A stretch of 64,000 nt of DNA from Macrostomum hystrix (lineage: Eukaryota; Animalia; Platyhelminthes). The notes beneath the pieces were generated by a model. The model was not told the DNA's origin. It did not search any database and saw only the letters and a program-made list of their open reading frames with translations. Position 1 is the stretch's first letter. Every line of letters starts with the position of its first letter. A program made the translations under genes and the position numbers. The DNA is taken from NCBI GenBank assembly GCA_950097015.1, contig CATNEN010000039.1:18724001-18788000 (forward strand), given 5' to 3'. Shown here piece after piece: positions 36,895-49,232 of this stretch.

Positions 36895-39056
36895 TGAGTT
36901 TCTTCAGTTCACTTCAGTCTGATCCCTCAGAGTTTCTTCAGTTTGTTCCGTCTGATCCCCTCAGGGATTCCTCAGTTCACTTCAGTGTGTTCCCTAAGAG
37001 ATTCTTCAGTTCACTTCAGTCTGATCCCCTCAGAGATTCTTCAGTTCACTTCAGTGTGATCCCCTCAGGGATTCTTCCGTTCACTTCAGTCTGATCCCCT
37101 CAGGAATTCTTCAGTTCACTTCAGTCTGATCCCCTCAGAGATTCTTCAGTTCACTTCAGTCTGATCCCTCAGAGATTCTTCAGTTCACTTCAGTCTGATC
37201 CCCTCAGGAATTCTTCAGTTCATTTCAGTCTGATCCCCTCAGGAATTCTTCAGTTCATTTCAGTCTGATCCCCTCAGGAATTCTTCAGTTCACTTCAGTC
37301 TGATCCCCTCAGGAATTCTTCAGTTCACTTCATTCTGATCCCCTCAGGGATTCTTCAGTTCATTTCAGTCTGATCCCTCAGAGTTTCTTCAGTTCACTTC
37401 AGTCTGATCCCTCAGGGATTCTTCAGTTTGTTCCGTCTGATCCCCTCAGGAATTCTTCAGTTCATTTCAGTCTGATCCCCTCAGGAATTCTTCAGTTCAT
37501 TTCAGTCTGATCCCCTCAGGAATTCTTCAGTTCACTTCAGTCTGATCCCTCAGGGATTCTTCAGTTTGTTCCGTCTGATCCCCTCAGGGATTCTTCAGTT
37601 CATTTCAGTTTGATCCCCTCAGGAATTCTTCAGTTCATTTCAGTCTGATCCCCTCAGGAATTCTTCAGTTCATTTCAGTCTGATCCCCTCAGGGATTCTT
37701 CAGTTCACTTCAGTCTGATCCCTCAGGGATTCTTCAGTTTGTTCCGTCTGATCCCCTCAGGGATTCTTCAGTTCACTTCAGTCTGATCCCTCAGGGATTC
37801 TTCAGCTTGTTCCGTCTGATCCCCTCAGGAATTCTTCAGTTCATTTCAGTCTGATCCCCTCAGGAATTCTTCAGTTCATTTCAGTCTGATCCCGTCAGGA
37901 ATTCTTCAGTTCATTTCAGTCTGATCCCCTCAGGGATTCTTCAGTTCACTTTAGTCTGATCCCTCAGGGATTCTTCAGTTCACTTCAGTCTGATCCCTCA
38001 GGGATTCTTCAGTTTGTTCCGTCTGATCCCCTCAGGGATTCTTCAGTTCATTTCAGTTTGATCCCCTCAGGAATTCTTCAGTTCATTTCAGTCTGATCCC
38101 CTCAGGAATTCTTCAGTTCATTTCAGTCTGATCCCCTCAGGGATTCTTCAGTTCATTTCAGTCTGATCCCTCAGAGTTTCTTCAGTTCACTTCAGTCTGA
38201 TCCCTCAGGGATTCTTCAGTTTGTTCAGTCTGATCCCCTCAGGGATTCTTCAGTTCATTTCAGTTTGATCCCCTCAGGAATTCTTCAGTTCATTTCAGTC
38301 TGATCCCCTCAGGAATTCTTCAGTTGATTTCAGTCTGATCCCCTCAGGAATTCTTCAGTTCATTTCAGTCTGATCCCCTCAGGAATTCTTCAGTTCACTT
38401 CATTCTGATCCCCTCAGAGATTCTTCAGTTCACTTCAGTCTGATCCCCTCAGGAATTCTTCAGTTCATTTCAGTCTGATCCCCTCAGGAATTCTTCAGTT
38501 CATTTCAGTCTGATCCCCTCAGGAATTCTTCAGTTCATTTCAGTCTGATCCCCTCAGGAATTCTTCAGTTCATTTCAGTCTGATCCCCTCAGGAATTCTT
38601 CAGTTCACTTCAGTCTGATCCCCTCAGGAATTCTTCAGTTCACTTCATTCTGATCCCCTCAGGGATTCTTCAGTTCATTTCAGTCTGATCCCTCAGAGTT
38701 TCTTCAGTTCACTTCAGTCTGATCCCTCAGGGATTCTTCAGTTTGTTCCGTCTGATCCCCTCAGGAATTCTTCAGTTCATTTCAGTCTGATCCCCTCAGG
38801 AATTCTTCAGTTCATTTCAGTCTGATCCCTTCAGGGATTCTTCAGTTCACTTCAGTCTGATCCCTCAGGGATTCTTCAGTTTGTTCCGTCTGATCCCCTC
38901 AGGGATTCTTCAGTTCATTTCAGTCTGATCCCCTCAGGAATTCTTCAGTTCATTTCAGTCTGATCCCCTCAGGAATTCTTCAGTTCATTTCAGTCTGATC
39001 CCCTCAGGAATTCTTCAGTTGATTTCAGTCTGATCCCCTCAGGGATTCTTCAGTTA
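36895..39056. repeat. Minisatellite, 34-35 bp CTGATCCCCTCAGGAATTCTTCAGTTCATTTCAGT
   Basis: About 60 copies. Confidence 0.98.
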
Positions 39057-39289
39057 ATTTTTAGTTCCACTTAGCCAGTCGAGGCAAGATTTAGACAAGA
39101 AAACGGGAGTCATTGGATCATGGTCCATCATGTCATAAGAGAGTTGAGAAGGCGAGTCATACAATTGGAGTAAGAAACTGTTCAGCAAGCCATCTTGGCT
39201 AAAGGTAATACTGGCGACACTGTCCCTATTTAAAAGGCCTAGCTGTGAGAAATCCTTGGGATCCATCGTTGCAACTGCTCATAGCTTAA

Positions 39290-39830
39290 AGTTAGACTCA
39301 CGCACGCATGGGCACAGGGACCCACACACACACACACACACACACAGGAGGCAGCAGCGAGCGGACGCCAGGGTCCGCAGTCACGCACCGCGTCGGCCAG
39401 GAGGCCCTGTCGTCGTCGATCGAGGTTTTTCTAGTCTATATATCTATCTTTATATAAAACCCCCCGACCCTCCCCCCTCTGTCTGTCTGCCTGTCTCGGC
39501 TTCATCCCCCTGTAACCTCAGGGACGGTCTCTGGCACGCTCGCGTGCGACCGGTTGCGTGGACCCAATAATTGATAGGAGCGGAGAGAGAGAGAGATCGC
39601 TGGACTGGGGGTGGTTGGGTTAGAAGTGCCGCATATAATAGGGACAGAGTCACGCTCAGTTGCGTGATCCAACGACTACTGGGGGCTCTCTGCACTGCTC
39701 GCGTGTCCAACCAGCGCGGAGGCGCCCACTTTCCCGCGGCTAGCAGCCCGCCCCATTTCTGAGCCTCCGCCTCCTCCGTCTTCTTCTTATTTTCAGCCCC
39801 AACAACCCCTCCCTTCACGTCTCTTTTTCT
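39290..39830 (+). promoter_or_regulatory. GC/CpG-rich promoter region of IRF2BP
   Basis: CpG-rich island with (CA)n, GC box GCCCGCCCC and E2F-like TTTCCCGC, upstream of a consensus donor cag|gtaagc at 39912/39913. Confidence 0.5.
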
Positions 39831-39977
39831 CTATTCTCTATAAATGCTTAGATAGATAGGTTAATGTTTCTCACAAAAATGATTCGACTCTAAAGTTTCT
39901 CTGGATAAACAGGTAAGCATGAACTTTTTTAGTCTATTCTCATTGTAAACAATAGAACAGTCTGACCTTAATAGACC

Positions 39978-40260
39978 TAAGTGGTTAGAGCATCGGACAC
40001 ACAACTTGAAGGTCGGAGGTTCGATTCCCGACTCCAATGGAAATATTTTATGTCCACTAGCGAGACACTTCAGTCTGCATTGCTTGAGTTCACCCAGCTG
40101 TTAAATGAGGGTGGGGTGTGCCATCTACTCCAGTCCATGGACTGAACAAGCTGTACATATTCGGTCCATATATATGTTGATGCGCAATAGCTGCGGCTGT
40201 GCTGTCGGCTTCAGATCTGAACCAATCGGGGCAGGTGTTATCAATTATAATTACTTATTA
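39978..40260 (+). mobile_element. SINE family B (tRNA head plus CORE/Deu-like central domain)
   Basis: GTGGTTAGAGC, GGTTCGATTCC, then GAGACACTT..GCATTGCTT..GTTCACCCAGCTGTTAAATG..CCAGTCCATGGACTGAACA; second copy at 61.7-61.9 kb. Confidence 0.82.
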
Positions 40261-40633
40261 GCCTGGCTGAAATATAGATACCTACTCGTTAATACCATTT
40301 AACTAAGATGCAGATCGCACTTTCACCTGTCTAGAGCTACATCTAGCTAGATCTATTTGCAGAACTTTATCTCTCTATAGATCTAGGTAATTATAATGTA
40401 GATATATCGCAATATCTAAGTAGATACTATGTATCTTTAATTTAAGTTAGGTAGATACGGTGTAACTTTCACTGGATCCATGTAGATTCGATAAAGATTT
40501 CGGTAGATCCAGGTAGATACGATGTAGATTTCACTAGATAGAAAGAAAATTACTTACCTGGGCATCCAAAAAACTGCCTAACAAGCCTCAAAGGCTTCCG
40601 TCTGCGTTCTGAAAGTACAGACAACTGGCCACA

Positions 40634-42702
40634 ATGTCCTTCCTGCTCCGCCGTCAATGCTATCTGTGCGACCTGCCGAGGCCGCCCTGGACTCTGCTGA
40701 CCGACTTCTCCGAGCTTGTCTGCCGCGGCTGTGTTAATTATGAAGGCGCCGACCGAGTCGAACTAGTCATCGAGCGGGCCCGACTGATGAAGCTAGCGGG
40801 CAACCAGCCGTCGCAGGCTCCACCACCGCCACTGCCACCGCCGCAGCCGCAGCCGCCGCAGCTAAACAAATTTTCAACTTCCAGCTTGCATTATCATCAT
40901 CAGCTGCTCTGCCTGCCGCCGCCACCGCCGCCGCAGTTGTCGATGTCGCTTGGCGCGATCAGATCGGCAGATTCACCACCAGGCGGCGGCGGTGGCGGCG
41001 GTGGCGGCCTCGCTGACCGAGGCGGGCGTCCAGATTTGCTGGCCTCGTCATCAACGACAAGTCAGCAACAGCAGCAGCCGCAACAGGGCAGCAGTGGAAG
41101 CACTGGTAGCAGCAGTGCAAGCGGCAGTGGTGGCAGCGGCGGCAACAGCGGTTCTGGATCGAGTGACTGCGTGGCGAAGGACATTGTTGACCTGTTGAAC
41201 AAATGCTGCCCGTTTTATGTGCGTTTTTTATTCTGAAATTTACAATTTTCTTTATTTAAGGCTTCAATTAGTTAATTGATTGTACTTACGTCAGTAGGCT
41301 ATAACGAAAAAAGCAACTGTGAAACGAATAAAGTTTCTGTTCTTGGCATGCCTTATATTGGTCGCCTGATTTACTTGAATTCCCTGAAACAACTCATGAT
41401 TTGCCAGGTGCGCCTCAAGGGCCAGCCCACCGGCGGTAGCCTCGGCTGCGTCTTCGCCGCCGACATTGGCTCGGGCATGACCCGACTAGACCAGCTGGAG
41501 TTGAAGCTCTTCTTCGAGTACCCAGTCGGCTCCAGGACCGTCTTCAACTCGTGCGCCGGCGTAGCAGGCCAGATGAGCCGCGACTCGGCTTCGGCAGCGT
41601 CAGCCGCATCGGCAGCCAGCTCAGTGACCGCGTCCGCCGCAGCCCTGCTGCTTGAATACGAGCGTTGCCCTGGCGGCGGCGACTGGCGCCTCCTGACTGA
41701 GCTGGTCGGCGAGAGGGTCACGCGGCTGCGCGAACGCCCCCAGACGGAGCGGCTGCCGGCGCCAAATCGCGAGCTGCGACCGCCTCAGCTGACTCCGAAG
41801 ACGCGCCTGATGCCGAAGTCGCTTCTGCCAGTCAAAGGCGCCGGCGCAAATGGAGGAGGTTCGAATGCAGCAAATTTCCTGATATCACTTTTTCGATACA
41901 TATCGGATGTCATAAAGCTTTACATATTTAAGCCTTTTCGACACATATCGGATGAGCAACAAAGTATACGTTGTATAGAAAACTGCTTAGGGTTCAGTAG
42001 TAAGCAGATACGCATAACTATAGTATGCAGACTTTATCTCACGTCAGTAGTGGGAAGGCAAATTGGGATGACTCATGTGCAAATTCAATCCGCAGTCTAC
42101 ATAAGAATTCGAACTCAGGTACACTGACGTTTGAGTCAAACGCGTTACAGCTACGCCACTAAATTAAAGTAGATATAATTTTCGAAACCCCTGCGTCAGT
42201 TGCAGGAATTCTTCAGCATCAACAGCAGCAGTTGCAGCAGCCAACATCGAAGCGTTTGTGCATCCGGCAAACTCTGCGCTGCAGTTTCTGCAAGAGCCGC
42301 ATGGAGGAGACGCACTTCGTCCAGTGCCCGGCCGAGACTGCTCACAAATTCTGCTTCCCCTGCGCCCGCGACAGCATTCGTCGACAGCTGACGGAGCTAC
42401 GCGATTCCCCGGCAGGCGGTCAGTCGGATTCGGTCTACTGTCCGAGTGGAGAGCGCTGCCTCCTGCCTGGAAGCTCTGTGCCTTGGGCCTTTATTCAGCA
42501 CGAGATCGAGGCCATTCTAGTCGGCGGCAGCGGCGGCAAAGCTATAAATGCCAACGCGTCAGCCGCAGCCAACGCCGCCGAGGGTGTCGCCAGCGGCGGC
42601 GTCCACGAGGACGTGGAGCCCGATCACGGGGGCGACGAAGGATCCATTGCGGACAACTGCAAGAGGGAGACTGAAGCCGCGGAGACTCCAGCATCGGACT
42701 GA
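40634..42702 (+). CDS. IRF2BP: Interferon regulatory factor 2-binding protein family (IRF2BP/IRF2BPL/Pits-like), about 510 aa
   Basis: Exons 40634-41218, 41408-41858, 42206-42702 (1533 nt). N-terminal zinc finger [29 protein letters not shown], central [12 protein letters not shown] / LEYER..GDWRLL, C-terminal [58 protein letters not shown]. Probable 5' UTR intron 39913-40620. Confidence 0.95.
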
Positions 42703-43179
42703 GCAGAGGAGCTATGACATTTGAAGGTCAACTTAAAAGTACACACAAGCAGAGAAATAACTTCAAGGATGTCACCCAACGGGAGCAAATGTCAAGTTCA
42801 AGATCAAGCCAGAACTTAGTCCTTTTAATTTTCCCATTCCCTCTTTTCGAATATCGAAATTCGAAAACATTCGATAGCTACAAGTATCGAAAAAATTCTT
42901 TTAACTGCATTGCGTAGTCGCGTACTCTTGTTTATTGTTTATCGTACTCTTGTAATACAATTTTTTTAATGCTTCTCACACACCATTTTTAAGTTATTCA
43001 TAACACCCGCATCTGCAGTTTTTTGTCCTGCTAAATTATAAGATCAGTTAAAATAACTCAGTTTGTAGCTGTTAGTGTCTCAGTCTCTCACTTCTCTCAC
43101 TTCTCTCACTTACATACTGTAAACAGCCTTACAGTCCGTCAAATGCGATTTACAGACTATACTCAACGATCAACATAAA

Positions 43180-45195
43180 GTAATGTATGATTATCAGACT
43201 GTAGTGTATGATTATCAGACTGTAGTGTATGATTATCAGACTGTAGTGTAGGATTATCAGACTGTAGTGTAGGATTATCAGACTGTAGTGTAGGATTATC
43301 AGACTGTAGTGTAGGTTTATCAGACTGCAGTGTAGGATTATCAGACTGTAGTGTAGGATTATCAGACTGTAATGTAGGATTATCAGACTGTAGTGTAGGA
43401 TTATCAGACTGTAGTGTAGGATTATCAGACTGCAGTGTAGGATTATCAGACTGTAGTGTATGATTATCAGACTGTAGTGTAGGATTATCAGACTGTAATG
43501 TAGGATTATCAGACTGTAGTGTAGGATTATCAGACTGTAGTGTAGGATTATCCGACTGTAGTGTAGGATTATCAGACTGTAGTGTAGGATTATCAGACTG
43601 TAGTGTAGGATTATCAGACTTTAGTGTAGGATTATCAGACTGTAGTGTAGGACTATCACGCTGTTGTATAAGATTATCAGATTGTAGTGTAGGTTTATCA
43701 GACTGTAGTGTAGGATTATCAGACTGTAATGTAGGATTATCAGATTGTAGTGTAGGTTTATCAGACTGTAGTGTAGGATTATCAGACTGTAGTGTAGGAT
43801 TATCAGACTGTATTTTTGGATTATCAGACTGTAGTGTAGGTTTATCAGACTGTAGTGTAGGATTATCAGACTGTTGTATAAGATTATCAGACTGTATTGT
43901 AGGATTATCAGACTGTAGTGTAGGATTATCAGACTGTAGTGTAGGATTATCAGACTGTAGTGTAGGATTATCAGACTGTATTGTAGGATTATCAGACTGT
44001 AGTGTAGGTTTATCAGACTGCAGTGTAGGATTATCAGACTGTAGTGTAGGATTATCAGACTGTAATGTAGGATTATCAGACTGTAGTGTAGGATTATCAG
44101 ACTGTAGTGTAGGATTATCAGACTGTAGTGTAGGATTATCAGACTGTATTGTAGGATTATCAGACTGTATTGTAGGATTATCAGACTGTAGTGTAGGATT
44201 ATCAGTCTGTAGTGTAGGATTATCCGACTGTAGTGTAGGATTATTAGACTGTAGTGTAGGATTATCAGACTGTAGTGTAGGATTATCAGAATTTATTGTA
44301 GGATTATCAGACTGTAGTGTAGGATTATCAGACTGTAGTGTAGGATTATCAGACTGTAGTGCAGGATTATCAGACTGTAGTGTAGGATTATCATATTGTA
44401 GTGTAGGATTATCAGACTGTAGTTTAGGATTATCAGACTGTAGTGTAGGATTATCAGACCGTAGTGTAGGATTATCAGACTGTAGTGTAGGATTATCAGA
44501 CTGTAGTGTAGGATTATCACGCTGTTGTATAAGATTATCAGATTGTAGTGTAGGTTTTTTCAGACTGTAGTGTAGGATTATCAGACTGTATTGTAGGACT
44601 ATCAGACTGTATTGTAGGATTATCAGACTTTAGTGTAGGTTTATCAGACTGCAGTGTAGGATTATCGGATTGTAGTGTAGGATTATCAGACTGTATTGTA
44701 GGATTATCAGACTGTAGTGTAGGATTATCAGACTGTAGTGTAGGATTATCAGACTGTAATGTAGGATTATCAGACTGCAGTGTAGGATTATCGGATTGTA
44801 GTGTAGGATTATCAGACTGTAGTGTAGGATTATCAGACTGTAGTGTAGGATTATCAGACTGTAGTGTAGGATTATCAGACTGTAGTGTAGGTTTATCAGA
44901 CTTTATTGTAGGATTATCAGACTGTAGTGTAGGATTATAAGACTGTAGTGTAGGATTATCAGACTGTAGTGTAGGATTATCAGACTGTAGTGTAGGATTA
45001 TCAGACTGTAGTGTAGGATTATCAGACTGTAGTGTAGGATTATCAGACTGTAATGTAGGATTATCAGACTGTAGTGTAGGATTATCAGTCTGTAGTGTAG
45101 GACTGACTGTACGGACTGACTGACAGACTGTAGTGTAGGATTATCAGACTGTAATGTAGGATTATCAGTCTGCATTGTGGGATTATCGGATTGTA
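43180..45195. repeat. Minisatellite, 21 bp GTAGGATTATCAGACTGTAGT
   Basis: About 95 copies between the convergent IRF2BP and JAGN1 3' ends. Confidence 0.98.
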
Positions 45196-46020
45196 GCGAC
45201 TAAGGCAGATAATCTGTAGTCTTCAACTGACAAGAGTAAAGCAAAAAAAGTACCTTCAGTTGCAGCAGACAATTACCATCTAATTTCAAATTCAGCAGGC
45301 TAGCGAGCAAAGGCGTCAGAAAAAGATTGCCACAGTTAAGTAATTATATTTCTTTGAACTTGCATGCAAAGGTCAGGTTAGTATTTCATTTTTATTGCTT
45401 ATCAGAAGTCTAAACTAAGTCATGTGGAAAAACAATCATCTGAATTGGCCAATAAAGTCAGGTTTAATTCATTCCACGCAAAAAGCTTATAGAGTCGACT
45501 AAAAAGCCGCATTTAAAAAAAGAAACTATGCAGGCATTTAATTAAACTAGTAAATAAAAAACTAGAATCTAGACTTAGAAAGCCAGTAAAAAATAGATTG
45601 AAACTAAAAAACTAGCAATCTTAAACGATAAATTATGTTTCTTTAACGTTTCTAAAATTAGTTTTATAGCATAATTTCAAACAACTTAATTATTTTGTAG
45701 TCTCAAGGAAACATATATACCCATAGCGTTAGACTTCTGAACGAGAGGTTCTAAGTTCGAATCTTGAGCCAATAGATACGATTTTGTGTCAACCTAGGCC
45801 ATACAATTAATTTCACATTAAATCACTAACAATGAGAATGGCTTACTAACATCAGCTGGGACAGATTAATACTACTGTTCAAAATAGATTTCAGTAGAGT
45901 ACTAAAGTGATAAAGGATATATGACTCCTTATTAGTTTCTCAGCTTGAGGAAGCAAATTGTTTTTATTTTTAAACCGACTGTCAATTTCTAGACTGTGCC
46001 TTTCTAAAATCAATCATGCT

Positions 46021-46830
46021 TTAGGATCGCTTTTTAGCATTGGTCGATGTTGCAGCAGCAGCGGCTGAGGCAGCGGATGCAGAAGTTGCAGGTCGAGGCG
46101 CCCAAGCGCTTAGAAGACGCCAGTAGTAGAACAGACTGAATCCGTGCACCTAAGGAAAATGATTTATCAAAATTCATTAGTTTGGCCTCGTCATGAAATC
46201 AAACTCATGGCCTTTGGTGAGAAATTAGGACGCCATGCCGCATGGCATTAAAACGGCCCTTTTAAGGACTAAAAAACTTAAAACGGACTTTTGTGGGACC
46301 ACCAACTTTCTGATACTGATATTTCAAATGGCATTAAGGTGCACAAATTTACACAAGAAACTAGCTTTCACCTGCAGACAGACGGATAAGAACAGATAGA
46401 GCACGGGTGTATAAGGCAGATTGGCCCAAGGCAGGTGGTGTGAGTCGCGCCTAGTATTAATAAAATCGTGCAAATCGTCGGCGTAACGCCACACCAGCCA
46501 GGCGATGGGCACCAAGCCGCAGGCCAGATGAAACAGAATTGCGATGCGCAATGGCCAGGCTCGATTTCTAGGCAGAGACATCAGGGCGGCCATGGGAGCC
46601 AGGCCGGATGCCAACCAGATGAGCTCAGGCGTGGCCACAGCTGGCAGGCAGGCCGGCCTAGTGAACACCCTGGCCCCGGCAATCACTAGCAGGAGCGAGT
46701 GTAAAAAGCTGAGGCCGCGCACTCGCGGCTTTAGAACCGAACTAATCTGGTGACGCAATTCGACTCTTTCGCGGTGAACAAAATCTGAGCCGTCTGTGCC
46801 AGTGGCGCGTGGTCCAGCACGGGATGCCAT
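46021..46830 (-). CDS. JAGN1: Protein jagunal homolog (ER membrane protein), about 195 aa
   Basis: N-terminus MASRAGPRATGTDGSDFVHRERV is diagnostic. Exons 46830-46372 and 46149-46021 (VHGFSLFYYWRLLSAW...AKKRS*); C-terminal KKxx ER-retrieval motif. Confidence 0.94.
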
Positions 46831-49232
46831 GTTTTGGCAATTGCTGCTGCTGATTAATCTACGATTCTAACCAATCTGATTTGCGACTGATCTCAGATAG
46901 ATTAACTGGAATTAATTAGTAACTATTGTCTATTGAGAAATGTTTATAACTTTACTAAATGTTGTATACTTAAGAAACAGAAGTAAATTCAAGAGTAATT
47001 ATGAAAAGCTCTGCTTCATCATCAGATTAGTTGAGAATTCTAAATACATGGCTGACTAGTTTCTTCAATTTCTTCTAAAGTTTTTTATTTCAAACTAAAG
47101 TCAGCAAATCAGCAAAGTCAGCAAGTCTTGATATATTTCATATAGTCTTGTGTAATTTAATTTATCTCAAATAAAAGCAAAAAATATATAAATTTTGATA
47201 TAAAAATCCCTGATTGAAATCCTTGCTTAGTCCAGAAACAAATTGCTTATAAAATCTAGCACTTTTTTCTCTTTACTTTACTTGAAAAATTATAACAATT
47301 TTAGATGCAAATAAAAAATTATATTTTTAAATGTCAGTAACTATATGCTGTTAATGTAAAACTAAATATCTGAATACACAATATAATATATAATAATTTA
47401 AGTAGTCTATACAATACATAAATGATTTTCTAAAGGGTTAAAGCTTATTACAATGATTGCACAACAATTATAATGGCGTTGTTCACATGCAATCAAAATT
47501 CTATATGCATTTTTTCTAGCAACTGCATATACAAATACTTTCTATTGGCTATCAACAATTAAATAAAATTATTATAATATCCCATAGCTTTCTGTAGCAT
47601 CTCTTAAATTGTACAATTTCCTAATATATGGATAAATGTAACTTGAAGAAATTCAATAAGACATATAACTTAAGACACAATATGTTTAGGGTAAAATGTA
47701 CACATTAGGGGGCCATTATATTTCCAATTGGTTCTATATCTGCAACTTCCCAAAGCAATATCTGTAGCTAAAGGGAAAAATGAACACATTGCAACTTGCA
47801 ACCTAGAAAACTTGCCTATCGAATAAAAGCAATCATTCCAATCAATGCAAATTATAAAACATTGTAACATATAGCTACAGATAGCTGGTTCAAAACTTTA
47901 TTATAAGCTGTGATATTTTCAGTGATTAGAAATAAGACTGGATACTAAATCCTGACTCAATTGCTTTGTAATAAACTGCTCAAGCTAAGCGAGAATCGAG
48001 CTGCTAAGATTTAATACTTAACAAGAGCAAATGCTACCACAGTATTAATAGCTAAACTTGAATGTTTATTTGTATTAACCCACAACCTAAGAAGCAATAA
48101 ATTTAGTAGTTTATTGAACCAAATTAAAGCACATAATTAGATTTTACAATGTAATATAAAACCCCAATGAGAACAAACATACAATTTTATATTACAGTGT
48201 AATATATATCCATAGGGAGAATAAACAATATATAACGGTGCACTGTGTACAATAATCCTTACAAAGGATTAAAGGTAGTAAACATCTAAAAAATAGGTTA
48301 ATCAGAAGTAAATGAAGTGATAGAAGCAAAGAAGTTTTGGTGACAGACATTATTGGCATAGAAACTTAAAAGAGAACATAAATAAAGGAGTACCACAACA
48401 ATATATAGCTCATTTAGCTAGCCACAATATAAAAAACTGAGTAACAATAATAGATAAACCCATTTTTTGTACCTAGCACGATTTTATATTTACAAAAAGT
48501 TTACGAACTAACATGTATGGCAAACAAAACTAAATCATGAATTAAATTTTTTAATGACTGACAACAAAAACAGCTAAGTGAAACATGGGTTGGGCTCTAG
48601 CACTTGATAAAATATAGGATGCAAGCAAATATAGCCAAGCTTTAGGTTCTTTGCAAACCCCGATAGAGAGTATTTCAAGACTCTGCTGTCACAAACGAAA
48701 TAGGTGTTTAAATTTGTGCTTTAATATAAAAAAGATGCATTGAATTAGAATAAATTCTGTTTATATCAATAATTCGTAACGAACTAAAAAATTTGTGATT
48801 AAGTAGCCTTTTAAAAAATAGACTTGAACTTTACTGTTGTGCAAAAGCACAATTTTTTTTACTGTCATAAGTAGAACATGCTAAACTAATCTCTTTTAAA
48901 GATCCTTAGTTGATTATTGAGATTTCTAACATATTATTATCTTTTCATTTGTTATACCTTGTTGTAGTTTTGGTTGGGTATGACACTTCACTTTTTAACT
49001 TCGCTTCATTATCGTATTTTTCGTTAATATTATTGCTGATGTTTTAGTCCTTTTGTTGTTAAAGCAAACTCAGTAAAGAGTAAAGTGCATCGCTAAAAAA
49101 TAAGTTCAAAGCTTACGCTCCTTGATGACTCTGTCATCAATGTCAATTTCGAAATGGCTCTAAAAACCTTGAACTGATCGCCGTCGATGCAGAGAATATT
49201 CCGACTGCTGTTTTGATCATATCGAAGTAAAT

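Noticed and set aside
40549-40565. U1 snRNA gene
   Set aside because: Only the first 11 nt or so match; no U1 stem-loops or Sm site follow.
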